64,000 nucleotides of DNA from an uncultured Chloroflexia bacterium (lineage in GTDB: Bacteria > Chloroflexota > Dehalococcoidia > DSTF01 > JALHUB01), in NCBI GenBank assembly GCA_963726245.1, contig CAVSBT010000037.1, positions 32,001-96,000 of the forward strand. Direction: 5' to 3'. The translations under genes were made by a program, and so were the position numbers. This document shows, in pieces, positions 11,200 to 21,653 of this stretch. The notes beneath the pieces were generated by a model. The model was not told where the DNA came from, did no database searches, and saw only the letters and a program-made list of their open reading frames with translations. Within the stretch, counting starts at the first letter, position 1; each line of letters begins with the position of its first letter.

Positions 11200-12229
11200 T
11201 CAACTGGTGGGCGTAGGCGTGGCGGCGGGTGTAGCGGGAGCCGGCGGCGGGTTCTTGGGGACGGGTATCTCCGGCTGCGGAGGAGGAGCGGGTCTCTTCG
11301 GCACAGGGATCACCCCCTTCGCCTCGAACCACCAGGTAGGCACCAGCGTCGGCGTCACGGTCGGCGTCGGCCGAGGCGGCGGCGCACTGGGCGGGCCAGG
11401 TGTCGCGGTGGGAAGGATGACGCGCTGCGCCAGGAAATTGCGCGACGGCGGCACGTAGACCTCCTCGCCGCGGGCGGCCCGGCTGGGGAAGATGCGCACG
11501 AGGGCGCGAGCGGGAAGGCTCCGCGGCAGGTTGGCCGACACATACCTCCCGCCGGTCAGCGGCGTACCGCCCTTCAACCTCATCGAAGGTGATGGGAACG
11601 GTCTCGTTCGACCGGTCTCCCGGCACCGTGCGCTCGACCTGGAAGTGCAGGTGGGGTCCGGCCCAGCCGCCGTCGCCGCAACTGAGGCCGCTGCTCCCCG
11701 AGTAGGCGATGGCATCTCCCTGGGCGACCAGCGCCCCCTCCTGCACGAGCGCCCCCTCGTAGTCGATGTGCAGGTAGAGGCCAGAGGTGCCGTCGCCGTG
11801 GTCGATAAGGATGTAGTTGGCGCGTCCACCGAAAGCGGAATCGCACCCTCCCATGCTTTCGCCGTCGCGAACCATCGAGACCCGGCCGCCGCGCGCCGCC
11901 AGCACCAGCTCGTACCCGAGGTCGAAGTCCCAGGCGTACAGCGACTGGTGGGTAGGCGCTTCCCCAGGCGCCTGCGCCACGGCGTGGCTGAGGCCGGGCG
12001 CCCAGGGCAGCCGGTAGCCCGGCGGCGCCGGGAACACGGGTTGAGAGCCCTCCGTCAGGGAACTGCGCAGCGTCAGGAGTCCCTTGACCAGGGAGGACAG
12101 CGGCGGAGGCACGGGCTGCGAGCTGGGTAGACGCTCAAGGCCGGTAGAGGTCGTCGCCCCCAGGAGAAACGGCGCCAGGCAGAGCAGGACCCCCAAGGGG
12201 AGACACAAACCGGCACGGCCCCTTCTCAT
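11200..12229 (-). CDS. M23 family metallopeptidase with Pro/Thr-rich tail, frameshift near 11570
   Basis: H...AWDF, YLH, GPHLHFQ motifs; N-terminal signal. Confidence 0.8.
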
Positions 12230-12350
12230 CAGCCTTCGATCTCCTTGTCCACCCCACAAGCCAGCGAGCGATCCGGCCCGCCTCGGCGCAGCCCTCCATA
12301 CTGTTGTCGGCTCGTCCTGTTCAGGTCTGATGGCGGGGTCTTGACATATT

Positions 12351-12764
12351 CTATTCCCCGATAACCTTAACTACCACCCGCTTGCGCCGCCGGCCGTCGA
12401 ACTCGGCGTAGAAGACCTGTTCCCAGGGGCCCAGGTCGAGCCGGCCGCTGGTGATGGGAAGAAGCACCTGATGGTGAATAAGCGTTCGCTTCAAGTGAGC
12501 GTCGCCGTTGTCCTCGCCGGTGCGATGGTGGCGATAGTCGGCGCGGGTGGGCGCCAAGCGCTCCACCCACTCCCAGAAGTCCTCCCAGAGGCCCGACTCG
12601 TTGTCGTTGACCCAGATGCCGGCTGTGATGTGCATGGCGCTGACCAGGCACATCCCCTCGCGGACGCCGGACTTCCCGACCACCTCCGACACACGGTCGG
12701 TGATGTTGAGAAGGTCGCGCCGCCGCGGCGTTTCGAACCACAAGTACTCGGTGGAGCTCTTCAT
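12351..12764 (-). CDS. yjbQ: YjbQ family (secondary thiamine-phosphate synthase)
   Basis: [26 protein letters not shown]. Confidence 0.93.
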   Translation of the reverse strand: MKSSTEYLWFETPRRRDLLNITDRVSEVVGKSGVREGMCLVSAMHITAGIWVNDNESGLWEDFWEWVERLAPTRADYRHHRTGEDNGDAHLKRTLIHHQVLLPITSGRLDLGPWEQVFYAEFDGRRRKRVVVKVIGE

Positions 12765-12813
12765 GGCCGCCTCCGTCGCAAAATCATGGGCTGCTGACGC
12801 GATGGTAGCACCG

Positions 12814-14016
12814 TTAGCCTGAGGGCTCGGCTACCAGAATCTCGATGGCAGGAAGCAGGACGGGGGTCGGATCCTCCATCCAGTTCATCGCTGCCGCGAT
12901 GGTGATGTCTTGGGCCGGAAGATGACCGACGAACGCCGTGTAGCCGGCCGTCATCCCAAGGTGGCCGATCAGTTCGGTCCCATCAGGGAACACATACTTC
13001 TGCATGCCGAGGCCGTATCCAACCTGTCCACCCTGGTCCGGCGCATCGATGAACGCCAGCATATCATCCAGAGTGCCGGCATTCTGGAACAGTTCACCAG
13101 ACAGCACAGCGTCCAGCAACAGGGCGAGGTCTGATACCGTCGTCACCAGCGCGTCTCCGCCCGCGGCCCCCGCCATTGAGGGGTCAACTCCGGTGATGTC
13201 CACTACGGCGCCGGAGACGGCGGCATACCCGTGGGCGTGGTCGCCGGGAATCGAAACGTCGCCCGGCTCAGGTAGCAACGTGTTCTCGAGGTGGAGCGGC
13301 CGTATCACGCGGTCGGTCACCTCGTCCCGCCACGACCGGCCGGTGGCTCGTTCGATAATCAGGCCGATCAAGTTATAGTCGGTGTTCGAGTAATGGTAAC
13401 TTGCGCCGGGAGCGAAGAGAGGCGGCTGCTGCGCGGCGAGATCCAGGAACTCGTTGACGTCCCAGACCTTTGTGGGGTTGCCTGCGATCTCTCCTATTAC
13501 GGCGGGGGTGAGCCACTCCGGAATCCCGCTGCTGTGGTTCAGGAGCATCCGCACCGTGATCTTGTCGCTGCCGGGAAACTTGCTGGTGATGCTCTCGGGC
13601 AGTACGGCCGGCAGGGGGTCGTCTAGAGAGAACCGCCCCTCCTCCACTAGCTGAAGGGTGACTACGGAAACAAATATCTTCGCGATGCTGCCCGCACGGA
13701 ACCTGTCGTCAGGGCGCATGGGCGTTTCGGTTTCGACGTCACCCAACCCGGACGTGCCAACCCAGGTGCCGAGATCAGGACTGCTCACGTAGAGAATGGC
13801 CCCCGGGAAGCTGGTCTCCGGTTTCTCGACCGCAGCGTCGAGTACCGCCTGCAGCCGGCCGGCAAGCGCCTCGTCGAATGCCCTTGCAGTTGGGACCGCG
13901 GTCGATGCGGCGGGCGGCGTGCGCTCGCTCACGCTGCTGCCGCCGGTGCAGGCCATCGCAGCAAGTGGCACAAGCACGATGGTGAAGACCAGGCCGATCC
14001 ATCCGTGCACTCTCAT
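12814..14016 (-). CDS. Lipoprotein serine hydrolase (D-alanyl-D-alanine carboxypeptidase-like)
   Basis: Lipobox AMAC, GSIAK, LLNHSSG, YSNTDY, GHLG. Confidence 0.9.
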   Translation of the reverse strand: MRVHGWIGLVFTIVLVPLAAMACTGGSSVSERTPPAASTAVPTARAFDEALAGRLQAVLDAAVEKPETSFPGAILYVSSPDLGTWVGTSGLGDVETETPMRPDDRFRAGSIAKIFVSVVTLQLVEEGRFSLDDPLPAVLPESITSKFPGSDKITVRMLLNHSSGIPEWLTPAVIGEIAGNPTKVWDVNEFLDLAAQQPPLFAPGASYHYSNTDYNLIGLIIERATGRSWRDEVTDRVIRPLHLENTLLPEPGDVSIPGDHAHGYAAVSGAVVDITGVDPSMAGAAGGDALVTTVSDLALLLDAVLSGELFQNAGTLDDMLAFIDAPDQGGQVGYGLGMQKYVFPDGTELIGHLGMTAGYTAFVGHLPAQDITIAAAMNWMEDPTPVLLPAIEILVAEPSG

Positions 14017-14137
14017 TGCCGCGGGCCTTCCTCTCTTGCTGGCTTCTTCGCGCGTACACTAATTCACCCGTCGGCCGAGACGCAACTTGCCCGCGAGTGC
14101 CAGGAGTTCCAAGCCCGCTAAGCCAAATAGATTGACC

Positions 14138-14189
14138 CTGCGGGATGAATCCCGCAGCTTCGCGAGAAGCTGAGGGTTTCAACCCTCAG
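14138..14189. repeat. Inverted doublet of GAAG-type REP (other copies 53890-53924, 59452-59475)
   Basis: CTGCGGGATGAATCCCGCAGCTTC-gcga-GAAGCTGAGGGTTTCAACCCTCAG. Confidence 0.8.
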
Positions 14190-14302
14190 ATGGAATCTGC
14201 ATACTTGAAGACCATCTAGGCTGGCACGACTGCCAGGCTGAAGCGCGGCCTTCGGAGGTGGCCTTCTCGACCATCAAGGGTGGGTCGTGACTGTTAGCGG
14301 GC

Positions 14303-15391
14303 CTAAAGCCGGTTGAGGGCGTCGACGAAGGCGCGCAGGCGGCCGTACCTACGACGGTTGAACCAGAAGGCGATGCGAGCGTGCTCGAGGGCATCGCCGT
14401 CGGCCACCTCCGCCGGCAGCGGTTCGATGACCTCGAACGTGCCGGACTCCAGGAGGTCGGCGAACTCTCGCCGGAGGCGGGTCAGGTCGCTCACGCCGGG
14501 CGCTCGAAGCAGCCGCAGCACGAGCCGGTGGCCGACGTAGCGCTGCGACTGGTAGTTGCGGTAGAAGCCGGTCACTTCGTTGAGGGCGTCTTCCACGTCG
14601 TGAGTGAAGTGGAGGAGGTTCATGTCGTCGAGGGAGATGAGGCCGCGGCGGGCCAGGTTCCCTTCCACGAAGGCGCGCCAGTCCGCCCAGTAGGTGCCGC
14701 CGGGGGCCTCGAGAAGGACCACCGGGTGAAGGTCGCTCTTGCCGGTCTGGACGAGAGTCAGGAGCTCGAAGGCTTCGTCCAGGGTTCCGAAGCCGCCCGG
14801 CAACAGCACGAAGGCGTCCGACTCCTTGATGAAAGTGACCTTGCGCGTGAAGAAGTAGTTGAAGTTGATGAGCTTGGGGTCGGCCTCGATGATCGGGTTG
14901 GCCTCGGCCTCCATGGGCAGCCTGATGTTCAGGCCGAAGCTACGACGGGCGCCGGCGCCGTCCTGCGCAGCCTGCATGATGCCCGGGCCGGCGCCGGTGA
15001 TCACCATCCAGCCCCGCTTGACGATGCCGGCCGTGAACTGACGGGTATAGCCATAGTCCGCGTCGTCCTCGGTGGCGCGGGACGAACCGAAGACGCTCAC
15101 CTTGCGGATGCCTCGATAGGGTGCGAACACCCTGGCGACGTAAGCGAACTCTTTCAGGGCAGCGTTGATCAGCTTGAGGTCGGCCGGGGCCGTGTCGCCG
15201 CGCGCCAGGCGAAGGACGGAGGCCACCATCGCTTCGACGATGTCTGGCCGGCGCTCGATCCCGAGACCGCCGACGAAGTCGCGAATCCGGGCGTCGAGCT
15301 CCGCATCGCCGGTACCGTAAGGTTTTCGCCGCCTCGTGCGGCTCTCTATCATGCGCGAATCCTTCCTCGCCAACAGTCCTGTTACCATCAT
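14303..15391 (-). CDS. LOG family (TIGR00730-like) nucleotide monophosphate nucleosidase
   Basis: VSVFGSSR, ITGAGPGIM, LPGGFGTLDE. Confidence 0.9.
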   Translation of the reverse strand: MMVTGLLARKDSRMIESRTRRRKPYGTGDAELDARIRDFVGGLGIERRPDIVEAMVASVLRLARGDTAPADLKLINAALKEFAYVARVFAPYRGIRKVSVFGSSRATEDDADYGYTRQFTAGIVKRGWMVITGAGPGIMQAAQDGAGARRSFGLNIRLPMEAEANPIIEADPKLINFNYFFTRKVTFIKESDAFVLLPGGFGTLDEAFELLTLVQTGKSDLHPVVLLEAPGGTYWADWRAFVEGNLARRGLISLDDMNLLHFTHDVEDALNEVTGFYRNYQSQRYVGHRLVLRLLRAPGVSDLTRLRREFADLLESGTFEVIEPLPAEVADGDALEHARIAFWFNRRRYGRLRAFVDALNRL

Positions 15392-15754
15392 CGGCGGTCG
15401 AGGAGCCGCTTTTCAAGGTCTGCCCCAAAGTGCTGCCGAAACCTGACGCTGGCCGCTCAGCGCAATCGCCCTTTGGTCGAGACCACGCGTGATTGCCTCC
15501 CCTAGCTCTGGCTTGCGCCCGCAGGTGTAGACTGCCTTTCGCCCCCTTGCGGCCGTCGTCACGGAATCGTTAGTATGGTGAATCGCGGGTGGGAGTTGAC
15601 AGTGCTCCGGCCTTTTCTCTCGCACAGCCTGTGAGCCAGGCTGCCAGAAAGACGGCGCCTCAGGTTCGCGCCTCAAGACGCTTAGTCGCAACGCAAGATG
15701 ACTGGATTTGGCAGTCGGGGCGGGAGACGCTCAACTGATCAGAGGAGGCCCCAC

Positions 15755-16408
15755 ATGCCTCAATCTGGACAAGTCAGCGGGACCGTATTCCTACGGCCGG
15801 TGCGCATGGGGCTTGCATTCAAGCCCAACCTCGAAAGCCTAGTTCGCTCAGTACAGAGTGCGACATGCTCATGGGGCGGAGTCTTTCATGCGCTTCTCCC
15901 GCCAGAGCCAGCACATGCATCCCTGGCGCTTGCCCGGAGCCTGGGGGTCGATGTGATCTGGCCAATGGATCAGGACCCTCTCTCCGACCGCCTTTCCAAG
16001 ACGTCTGGGTTCAATTGGACGGGGTGGAACGGGCCGTTCGAAGTGTCGGACAGCAACCTTGGTTCGCGACTGCTTGATCCCAGCTGGCTCCTTGATGACG
16101 TCAATGGGTCATCGCTTGTGCTTCCGCGTTGGAGCCAGGACGACCCACTGCGCGAATTGTTTGCTGTCTGGTTCGGTGTGTATCCAGATTCCGGGCCGGG
16201 TCGAGAACTTGCTGGGCTGTACGGCGAACGTGCCAAAGAGGTACACCTCGCTCGGCTCGGTTCGGTACCAGCGCTGGCTGGCAGCTTGACACCAATAGAG
16301 GTGACAGGGCTGGAGATTGAGCATAAAGGAGAATGGGCCGGGACCGGAATCATGGTGCTCGATCCGCGCAATCCCGCGCACCTTATGCTGCTCTGGAACG
16401 TCCGGCGG
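15755..16408 (+). pseudogene. Truncated N-terminal fragment of a foreign-looking hypothetical protein
   Basis: GAGGAGG SD plus ATG, lower GC; frame has no stop of its own and runs antisense into the next gene. Confidence 0.5.
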
Positions 16409-17242
16409 CTAGGCGGAGGGCGCGGCCGACCTCGCCAGGTAGTCCTCTGCGTCGCGGCGCAGGCGGGCTTTCTCGGAGGGAGTCATCGGCTTCGAGGAGA
16501 CGGCGAGAGTCACGTTCTCCTCCACCTCCCAAGGGAAGCGCATGCCCGGGATCACCACCGACAGGTGACGGTTGGAGAGGACGTAGCGCAGGAGCGTCTG
16601 GGCGTTCAGGCGGTCCTCCAGGTGAAAGGCCTTCAGCGCCCCCACCATGCCGAACCCGCCCAGCGGCTTCATGACGATGACGCCGATGTCCTTTCGCTGC
16701 GCCAGGCGGATAAGTGGCTCGTTCCGGAGGTCGAAGACGTTGTACCTGAGCTGAATGGTGTCGAACTCGCCGCTGTCGACAGCCTGGCGCAGCACCCGGT
16801 GGGAGTGGCTGGAGAGGCCGACGTAGCGGACCAGACCCCGCTCTTGAGCCTCTCTCAACCCCTCCAGGGCGCCGCCGGGGGCCATCACCTGCTCCCACTG
16901 GTCGCGGCGGACGTCGGCAAGCTGGTAGATGTCGACTGCTGACAGGCCCAGGTGCTCCAGGCTTCGCTCCAGGTCGCGCAGGGCGGCGTCCCGCGAGCGA
17001 CCGAGCGTCTTGCTGGCGACGTGTACCGAGGCCCGGCCGGCTAGCCCGCTGAGGGCGCCGCCAATCATGTACTCGCTGCCCCGGTAGAGGCGTCCCGTCT
17101 CGACGAGGTTGACACCCAGGGCGAACGCTCTGCGCAGGGCCTCTTCACCCTCGGCGGAGCCGGCCACCTGGGCGCCGCCGAAGCCCAGCTCGCCGACCAG
17201 CAGGCCCGTGCGCCCCAGCCGCCTCAGACGTAGCTCAGGCAT
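16409..17242 (-). CDS. Aldo/keto reductase
   Basis: RRLGRTGL..LGFGG, ETGRLY, GLVRYVGLSSH, MKPLGG. Confidence 0.92.
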   Translation of the reverse strand: MPELRLRRLGRTGLLVGELGFGGAQVAGSAEGEEALRRAFALGVNLVETGRLYRGSEYMIGGALSGLAGRASVHVASKTLGRSRDAALRDLERSLEHLGLSAVDIYQLADVRRDQWEQVMAPGGALEGLREAQERGLVRYVGLSSHSHRVLRQAVDSGEFDTIQLRYNVFDLRNEPLIRLAQRKDIGVIVMKPLGGFGMVGALKAFHLEDRLNAQTLLRYVLSNRHLSVVIPGMRFPWEVEENVTLAVSSKPMTPSEKARLRRDAEDYLARSAAPSA

Positions 17243-17303
17243 GGGTCCCTTCTTCTCTCCTCAGACGCCCCGTCGTTCTCTACTACTCTAGCAGCAAGCC
17301 CTC

Positions 17304-17355
17304 TTGACTGCCGACAGGCTCCAGGATATAGTGGTTATGGACATAGGTCCATAAC
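17304..17355 (+). promoter_or_regulatory. Sigma70-type promoter with palindromic operator
   Basis: TTGACT-17bp-TATAGT followed by GTTATGGAC-atag-GTCCATAAC. Confidence 0.75.
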
Positions 17356-17356
17356 T

Positions 17357-17857
17357 ATGCCGAGACCGATCAAGTGGCGCTGTGTGACCCACGTACCGTC
17401 GGTCACCTACTTCAAGCCGGCGGGCCAACCCCTGCGTGCCCTGGAAGAGGTTGGCCTGACGGTGGAGGAGGTAGAAGCCCTCCGACTCAAGGACCTGGCG
17501 GGGTTGGAGCAGGAGGAATGCGCCGAAAGGATGCGCATCTCCCGCCCCACGTTCCACCGAGTCCTCCAGTCCGCCCGCCGGAAGGTGGCCGACGTTCTGG
17601 TGAACGGCAAAGCTCTGCGCATCGAGGGGGGGAACTTCGCTCTGCCCAGACAGCCCTTTCAGTGTCGGCTCGATGGCCACGTGTGGACCGTCCCATTCGC
17701 AGCTCTCGTGGCGGGGCCGCCGCCGGCCTGCCCCCGCTGCCAGAGCCCGAGCGTGCTGGCCGTTCACCCCCACGGCCACGGCGCCGGCCGTGGGCGGGGC
17801 CGCAGGCGAAACCAGCCGCAGGACGAGCGCGACCTGTACTACGGAGGTGAAACTTGA
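17357..17857 (+). CDS. DUF134 family putative HTH regulator with C-terminal Cys motif
   Basis: MPRPIKWR, EEVEALRLKD..GLEQEECAERMRISRPTF, GKALRIEGG, CPRC. Confidence 0.9.
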   Translation: MPRPIKWRCVTHVPSVTYFKPAGQPLRALEEVGLTVEEVEALRLKDLAGLEQEECAERMRISRPTFHRVLQSARRKVADVLVNGKALRIEGGNFALPRQPFQCRLDGHVWTVPFAALVAGPPPACPRCQSPSVLAVHPHGHGAGRGRGRRRNQPQDERDLYYGGET

Positions 17858-18072
17858 TCACCACACGAGGAAGAGGCTTCGGGAAAGGCCGAGCGTCGGG
17901 CGGCACCACCATCTGTCGATGCCGCCGCTGCGGCCACTCCCAGCCCCACGACCGCGGCGTTCCCTGCACCTCGCTTCCCTGCCCGAACTGCGGGGCGAAA
18001 ATGCTCGGCGAGCGCTGCACCCAGAAGTTGACTGCAAAGCTTCAACAGAGATTAGGAGGACAACATGCGTAG
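17854..18072 (+). CDS. Small Cys-rich (zinc-ribbon-like) protein
   Basis: CRCRRCGHSQPHDRGVPC...CPNCGAKM; GGAGG SD; overlaps both neighbours. Confidence 0.7.
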   Translation: MITTRGRGFGKGRASGGTTICRCRRCGHSQPHDRGVPCTSLPCPNCGAKMLGERCTQKLTAKLQQRLGGQHA

Positions 18073-18517
18073 AAGACATCGTCGAATGTACCAGCTCACC
18101 GGCCTGCCGGGCTGGGCGCGGTCCGGCCATCACGGCGGCGGTTGCTGCTGCGGCGAGCACGGCCCATCCCACCACGAATCCGGCCATCACGGCGGCGGTT
18201 GCTGCTGCGGCGAACACGGCCCATCCCACCACGAATCCGGCCATCACGGCGGCGGTTGCTGCTGCGGCGAACACGGCCCATCCCACCACGAATCCGGCCA
18301 TCACGGCGGCGGTTGCTGCTGCGGCGAGCACGGCCCATCCCACCACGGACCCATGCCCCGGGAGGCGTGCCACGAGCCCGCTTGGGCCAGCCCCTGCGGG
18401 GCGCTTCCGACCGCGGAGGAGGAACGGGACTTCCTGAAAGCCCAGGCGGACGCCCTCAGGCGCTACCTGGGGCGCATCGAGCGCCGCATTAGCGAACTGG
18501 AGCCAAGCGAGGCTTAG
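18065..18517 (+). CDS. DUF5320-like protein with His/Cys-rich tandem repeats
   Basis: MRRRHRRMYQLTGLPGWAR N-terminus, C-terminal EEERDFLKAQA coiled coil; AGGAGG SD. Confidence 0.75.
   Translation: MRRRHRRMYQLTGLPGWARSGHHGGGCCCGEHGPSHHESGHHGGGCCCGEHGPSHHESGHHGGGCCCGEHGPSHHESGHHGGGCCCGEHGPSHHGPMPREACHEPAWASPCGALPTAEEERDFLKAQADALRRYLGRIERRISELEPSEA
18122..18349 (+). repeat. 4 x 57-bp near-perfect tandem repeat encoding SGHHGGGCCCGEHGPSHHE
   Basis: Units start at 18122, 18179, 18236, 18293. Confidence 0.95.
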
Positions 18518-18556
18518 CTACAGCGGCCAGCCGCCGCTGGAAGGGGAGGTCAGCGC

Positions 18557-18952
18557 ATGAAGCTAGCAGTCGTCTCGGAGGATGGGGTGAAGGTCAGCCA
18601 GCACTTCGGCAGGGCCCCCTACTACGTCGTCGTCACGGTGGAGGAGGGCCAGATCGTGGGCAGCGAGAGGCGGGAGAAGGCCGGCCACCACACCTTCGCC
18701 GCCCAGGAGCACCACCCACCGAGGCATGAGCAACATGGGTACGGGGTCGCGGCCGGCGCCAAGCATGAGCAGATGGCTGAGGTCATCGCCGACTGCGATG
18801 CCGTCATCGCCGGCGGCATGGGCCGGGGCGCCTACGAGGCCATGCAGGCGCGCGGCATCCGCCCCGTCATCACCGACCTGCTCGACCTCCGCGAGGCGGC
18901 GCTACAGTGCGCCCAGGGGACGCTGCCCAACCTCACGGAGCGCCTGCACTAA
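18557..18952 (+). CDS. NifB/NifX-family iron-molybdenum cofactor binding protein
   Basis: VSQHFGRAPYY, DCDAVIAGGMG.GA, His-rich loop. Confidence 0.9.
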   Translation: MKLAVVSEDGVKVSQHFGRAPYYVVVTVEEGQIVGSERREKAGHHTFAAQEHHPPRHEQHGYGVAAGAKHEQMAEVIADCDAVIAGGMGRGAYEAMQARGIRPVITDLLDLREAALQCAQGTLPNLTERLH

Positions 18953-19120
18953 CGCCCGTCACCGCAAGCAGCCCGGCAGGAGCGCCTCCGTCAACCACAC
19001 AATAGGATTCGCTCTTGCCCTTGCGGCAGTCCCGTCGATATCGCCCTCTCCCCCCCGCGGATCATAGGATACAATGCAGTCGACGCGGATTTCAGCCGTG
19101 GACTCCAAGGGGGCGAAACC

Positions 19121-20713
19121 ATGCCGTCCAAGCAAGAGATACAGGAAGCGCTGGCCCGGAGGCTCCTCCTGGGGGAGCTGATCGCCCGCAACGCCCGTAA
19201 GTTCCCCGACAAGGAAGCTGTCGTCTTCGGCGACACACGCCTCACCTACAGGGAGTTCAACGCCCGCATCAACCGGCTCGCCCACGCCTTCATAGACATG
19301 GGCATCGGCCACGGGGACAAGGTCGCCATCCTCATGTTCAACTGCCACCAGTACCTGGAGTGCTACTTCGCCCTCGGCAAGATCGGAGCGGTGGCCGTGC
19401 CCCTGAACTTCCGGCTCCACCCTGACGAGATCGTCTACATCACCAACAACGCCGACGCCATCGCGATGGTGGTGGGCGAGCAGTTCGTCGACACGATGAG
19501 AGGCATCCAAAGAGAGCTGCCCCTGGTCAAGCAATACGTCTCTGTTACAGCGACGCCGGTGGAGGGGATGGCCCACTACGAGACCCTCATCCGCAAGTAC
19601 CCGGACGACGAGCCCCTCGTCCTGGTCGACGAGGAGGACCCCGCCTTCATCATGTACACGGCAGGAACCACCGGGAGGCCGAAGGGAGCGGTGCTGACCC
19701 ACCAGAGCCAGGTGATAATGTGGATGCTGGTCGGCATTCAGGTGATCTCCGAGCCTGGCGCAGGCAACGTGTGGGACTGGCGGATATGCTCGCCTCCCCC
19801 GATCTTCCACCTGGCGTCCTTCGGCACCTGCCAGGAGGGGCTGCTCCTCGGAGCGACCGTGGTCCTGCCTACTGAGGTCTTCAACCCACAGGAGATCATG
19901 GAGATCATCGAGCGGGAGAAGACCGACTACATTCTGCTCATACCAGCCATGGCCAGTTTCCTTCTCCAACTGCCCGACCTGGGCAAGTACGACGCCAGCT
20001 CCCTGAAGGTCTGGGGGTCGGGCGGCGCCGTCCTGCCCACCCAGACCCGCAAGGCGATGCTGGAGCGCTTCCCAGGCCTGATGGTCTACGACTGCTTCGG
20101 CCAGACGGAGACGGGCGCCGTGGTCTGCGCGCTCAGGCCCTCGGAGGCCGAGCGAAAAGTAGCCTCCGTAGGCAGGCCCCTGCCCTTCGTCGAGGTCCGC
20201 GTGGTGGATGACGAGGACCGGGACGTGCCCATCGGCGAGGTTGGGGAAGCCGTCTACCAGGGGCCCAACATCATGAAGGAGTACTACAAGAACCCCGAAG
20301 CTACCGCCCGGGCCATGAGAAACGGCTGGTTCCACTCGGGGGACCTGGTGCGCCAGGACGAAGAGGGCTACATCTACGTCGTCGACCGCAAGACGGACAT
20401 GATCGTGAGCGGCGGCGAGAACATCTACCCCGCCGAGGTGGAGGAGGTCCTGTACCAGCACCCCAAGATCCTGGAGGCGGCCGTCATCGGTGTCTATGAC
20501 GAGCAGTGGGGCGAGGCGGTGAAAGCGGTGGTGGTGCCCAAGCCGGGCGAAACGCTGACCGAGGAAGAAGTCATCGACTTCTGCAAGCAGCACCTGGCCA
20601 GCTACAAGAAGCCCAGCTCCGTCGACTTCATCGATGCCCTGCCGAGGAATCCCGCCATGAAGGTGCTGAAGAGGGTCCTTCGGGAAAGGTACGGGAAGTC
20701 GGTCAGGTACTAG
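19121..20713 (+). CDS. Long-chain fatty acid--CoA ligase
   Basis: YTAGTTGRPKG, FGQTE, GWFHSGD, DRKTDMIVSGGENIYP. Confidence 0.95.
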   Translation: MPSKQEIQEALARRLLLGELIARNARKFPDKEAVVFGDTRLTYREFNARINRLAHAFIDMGIGHGDKVAILMFNCHQYLECYFALGKIGAVAVPLNFRLHPDEIVYITNNADAIAMVVGEQFVDTMRGIQRELPLVKQYVSVTATPVEGMAHYETLIRKYPDDEPLVLVDEEDPAFIMYTAGTTGRPKGAVLTHQSQVIMWMLVGIQVISEPGAGNVWDWRICSPPPIFHLASFGTCQEGLLLGATVVLPTEVFNPQEIMEIIEREKTDYILLIPAMASFLLQLPDLGKYDASSLKVWGSGGAVLPTQTRKAMLERFPGLMVYDCFGQTETGAVVCALRPSEAERKVASVGRPLPFVEVRVVDDEDRDVPIGEVGEAVYQGPNIMKEYYKNPEATARAMRNGWFHSGDLVRQDEEGYIYVVDRKTDMIVSGGENIYPAEVEEVLYQHPKILEAAVIGVYDEQWGEAVKAVVVPKPGETLTEEEVIDFCKQHLASYKKPSSVDFIDALPRNPAMKVLKRVLRERYGKSVRY

Positions 20714-20765
20714 CAGCGCACCGAGCGGCTGCGCCGGCGGCGGCGAGAGGTGCAAGGAGATTCCC

Positions 20766-21239
20766 ATGGCCTTGACACTCGAGGGACGCGTTGAGCTGGT
20801 GGACGGCATGACGTTCAGGGGCGTGTCCGGCTCAGGCCACGCAGTGCTCATGGACGCCGACCCCGCGGCCGGCGGGCAGACGCGGGGCCCGCTTCCCATG
20901 GAGGTGGTGCTTCTGGCCTTCGGCGGCTGTACCGGGATGGACGTCATCTCCATCCTGCGCAAGATGAGGCAGGACGTGGCCGGTTACGAAGTGCGGCTCG
21001 TGGGGAACCGCACGGCGGAGCAACCGACGGTCTTCACCGATATCACCGTCGAACACGTGGTGCGGGGGCGCAACCTCAACGTGGACAACGTGCTGCGCGC
21101 CATCGAGCTCTCGGTCACCCGCTACTGCCCCGTTTCGGCGATGCTCAGCAAGGGCGGAGTGCGCATCACCGAACGCTACCGGCTCATCGACGAGGCCACC
21201 GGCCAGGAGCAATCGGGGCTCCGCGAGACGAACCTCTGA
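20766..21239 (+). CDS. OsmC family protein
   Basis: GPLPME..L.AFGGCTGMDV, YCPVS. Confidence 0.9.
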   Translation: MALTLEGRVELVDGMTFRGVSGSGHAVLMDADPAAGGQTRGPLPMEVVLLAFGGCTGMDVISILRKMRQDVAGYEVRLVGNRTAEQPTVFTDITVEHVVRGRNLNVDNVLRAIELSVTRYCPVSAMLSKGGVRITERYRLIDEATGQEQSGLRETNL

Positions 21240-21653
21240 CCGCACTACCCTCGGGAAGTGCAGAGGGGGCCCTGCCCCCTCTGCCGGGGGTCTGGGGGTG
21301 TCCCCCAGGTTCAATATTCTTCCCAGGGCGGGTGGGCGGGCAGAACCACCTACCGTCAGGCACATCGAGCCAAACAGTTCATGACCATTAGCCCCGTCTT
21401 CAAGGGGGCGGACGGAGCTGAAGCTCCGTCCCTACGTCTCCTGCCAGGCTGAAGCCTGGCCTTCGCGTGCAAGGCCTGCAGTCGTACCTCAACATTTGAC
21501 GTTTAGGCTCCGGCGCAGTACTGTACGAGAACCACAAGCACGAGGCTGACAGCTTTACTCTCACGCGGGCCCCCGGCAGGGACCGGCACAGCCGGATTCG
21601 CAGGAGAAGCCAGCGAGGAAGGTGCAACACGAGACGTGACGGGCGCGCGTTCA

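Noticed and set aside
18122-18349. 57-bp repeats as a CRISPR array
   Set aside because: Head-to-tail with no unique spacers, length a multiple of 3, and located inside an ORF
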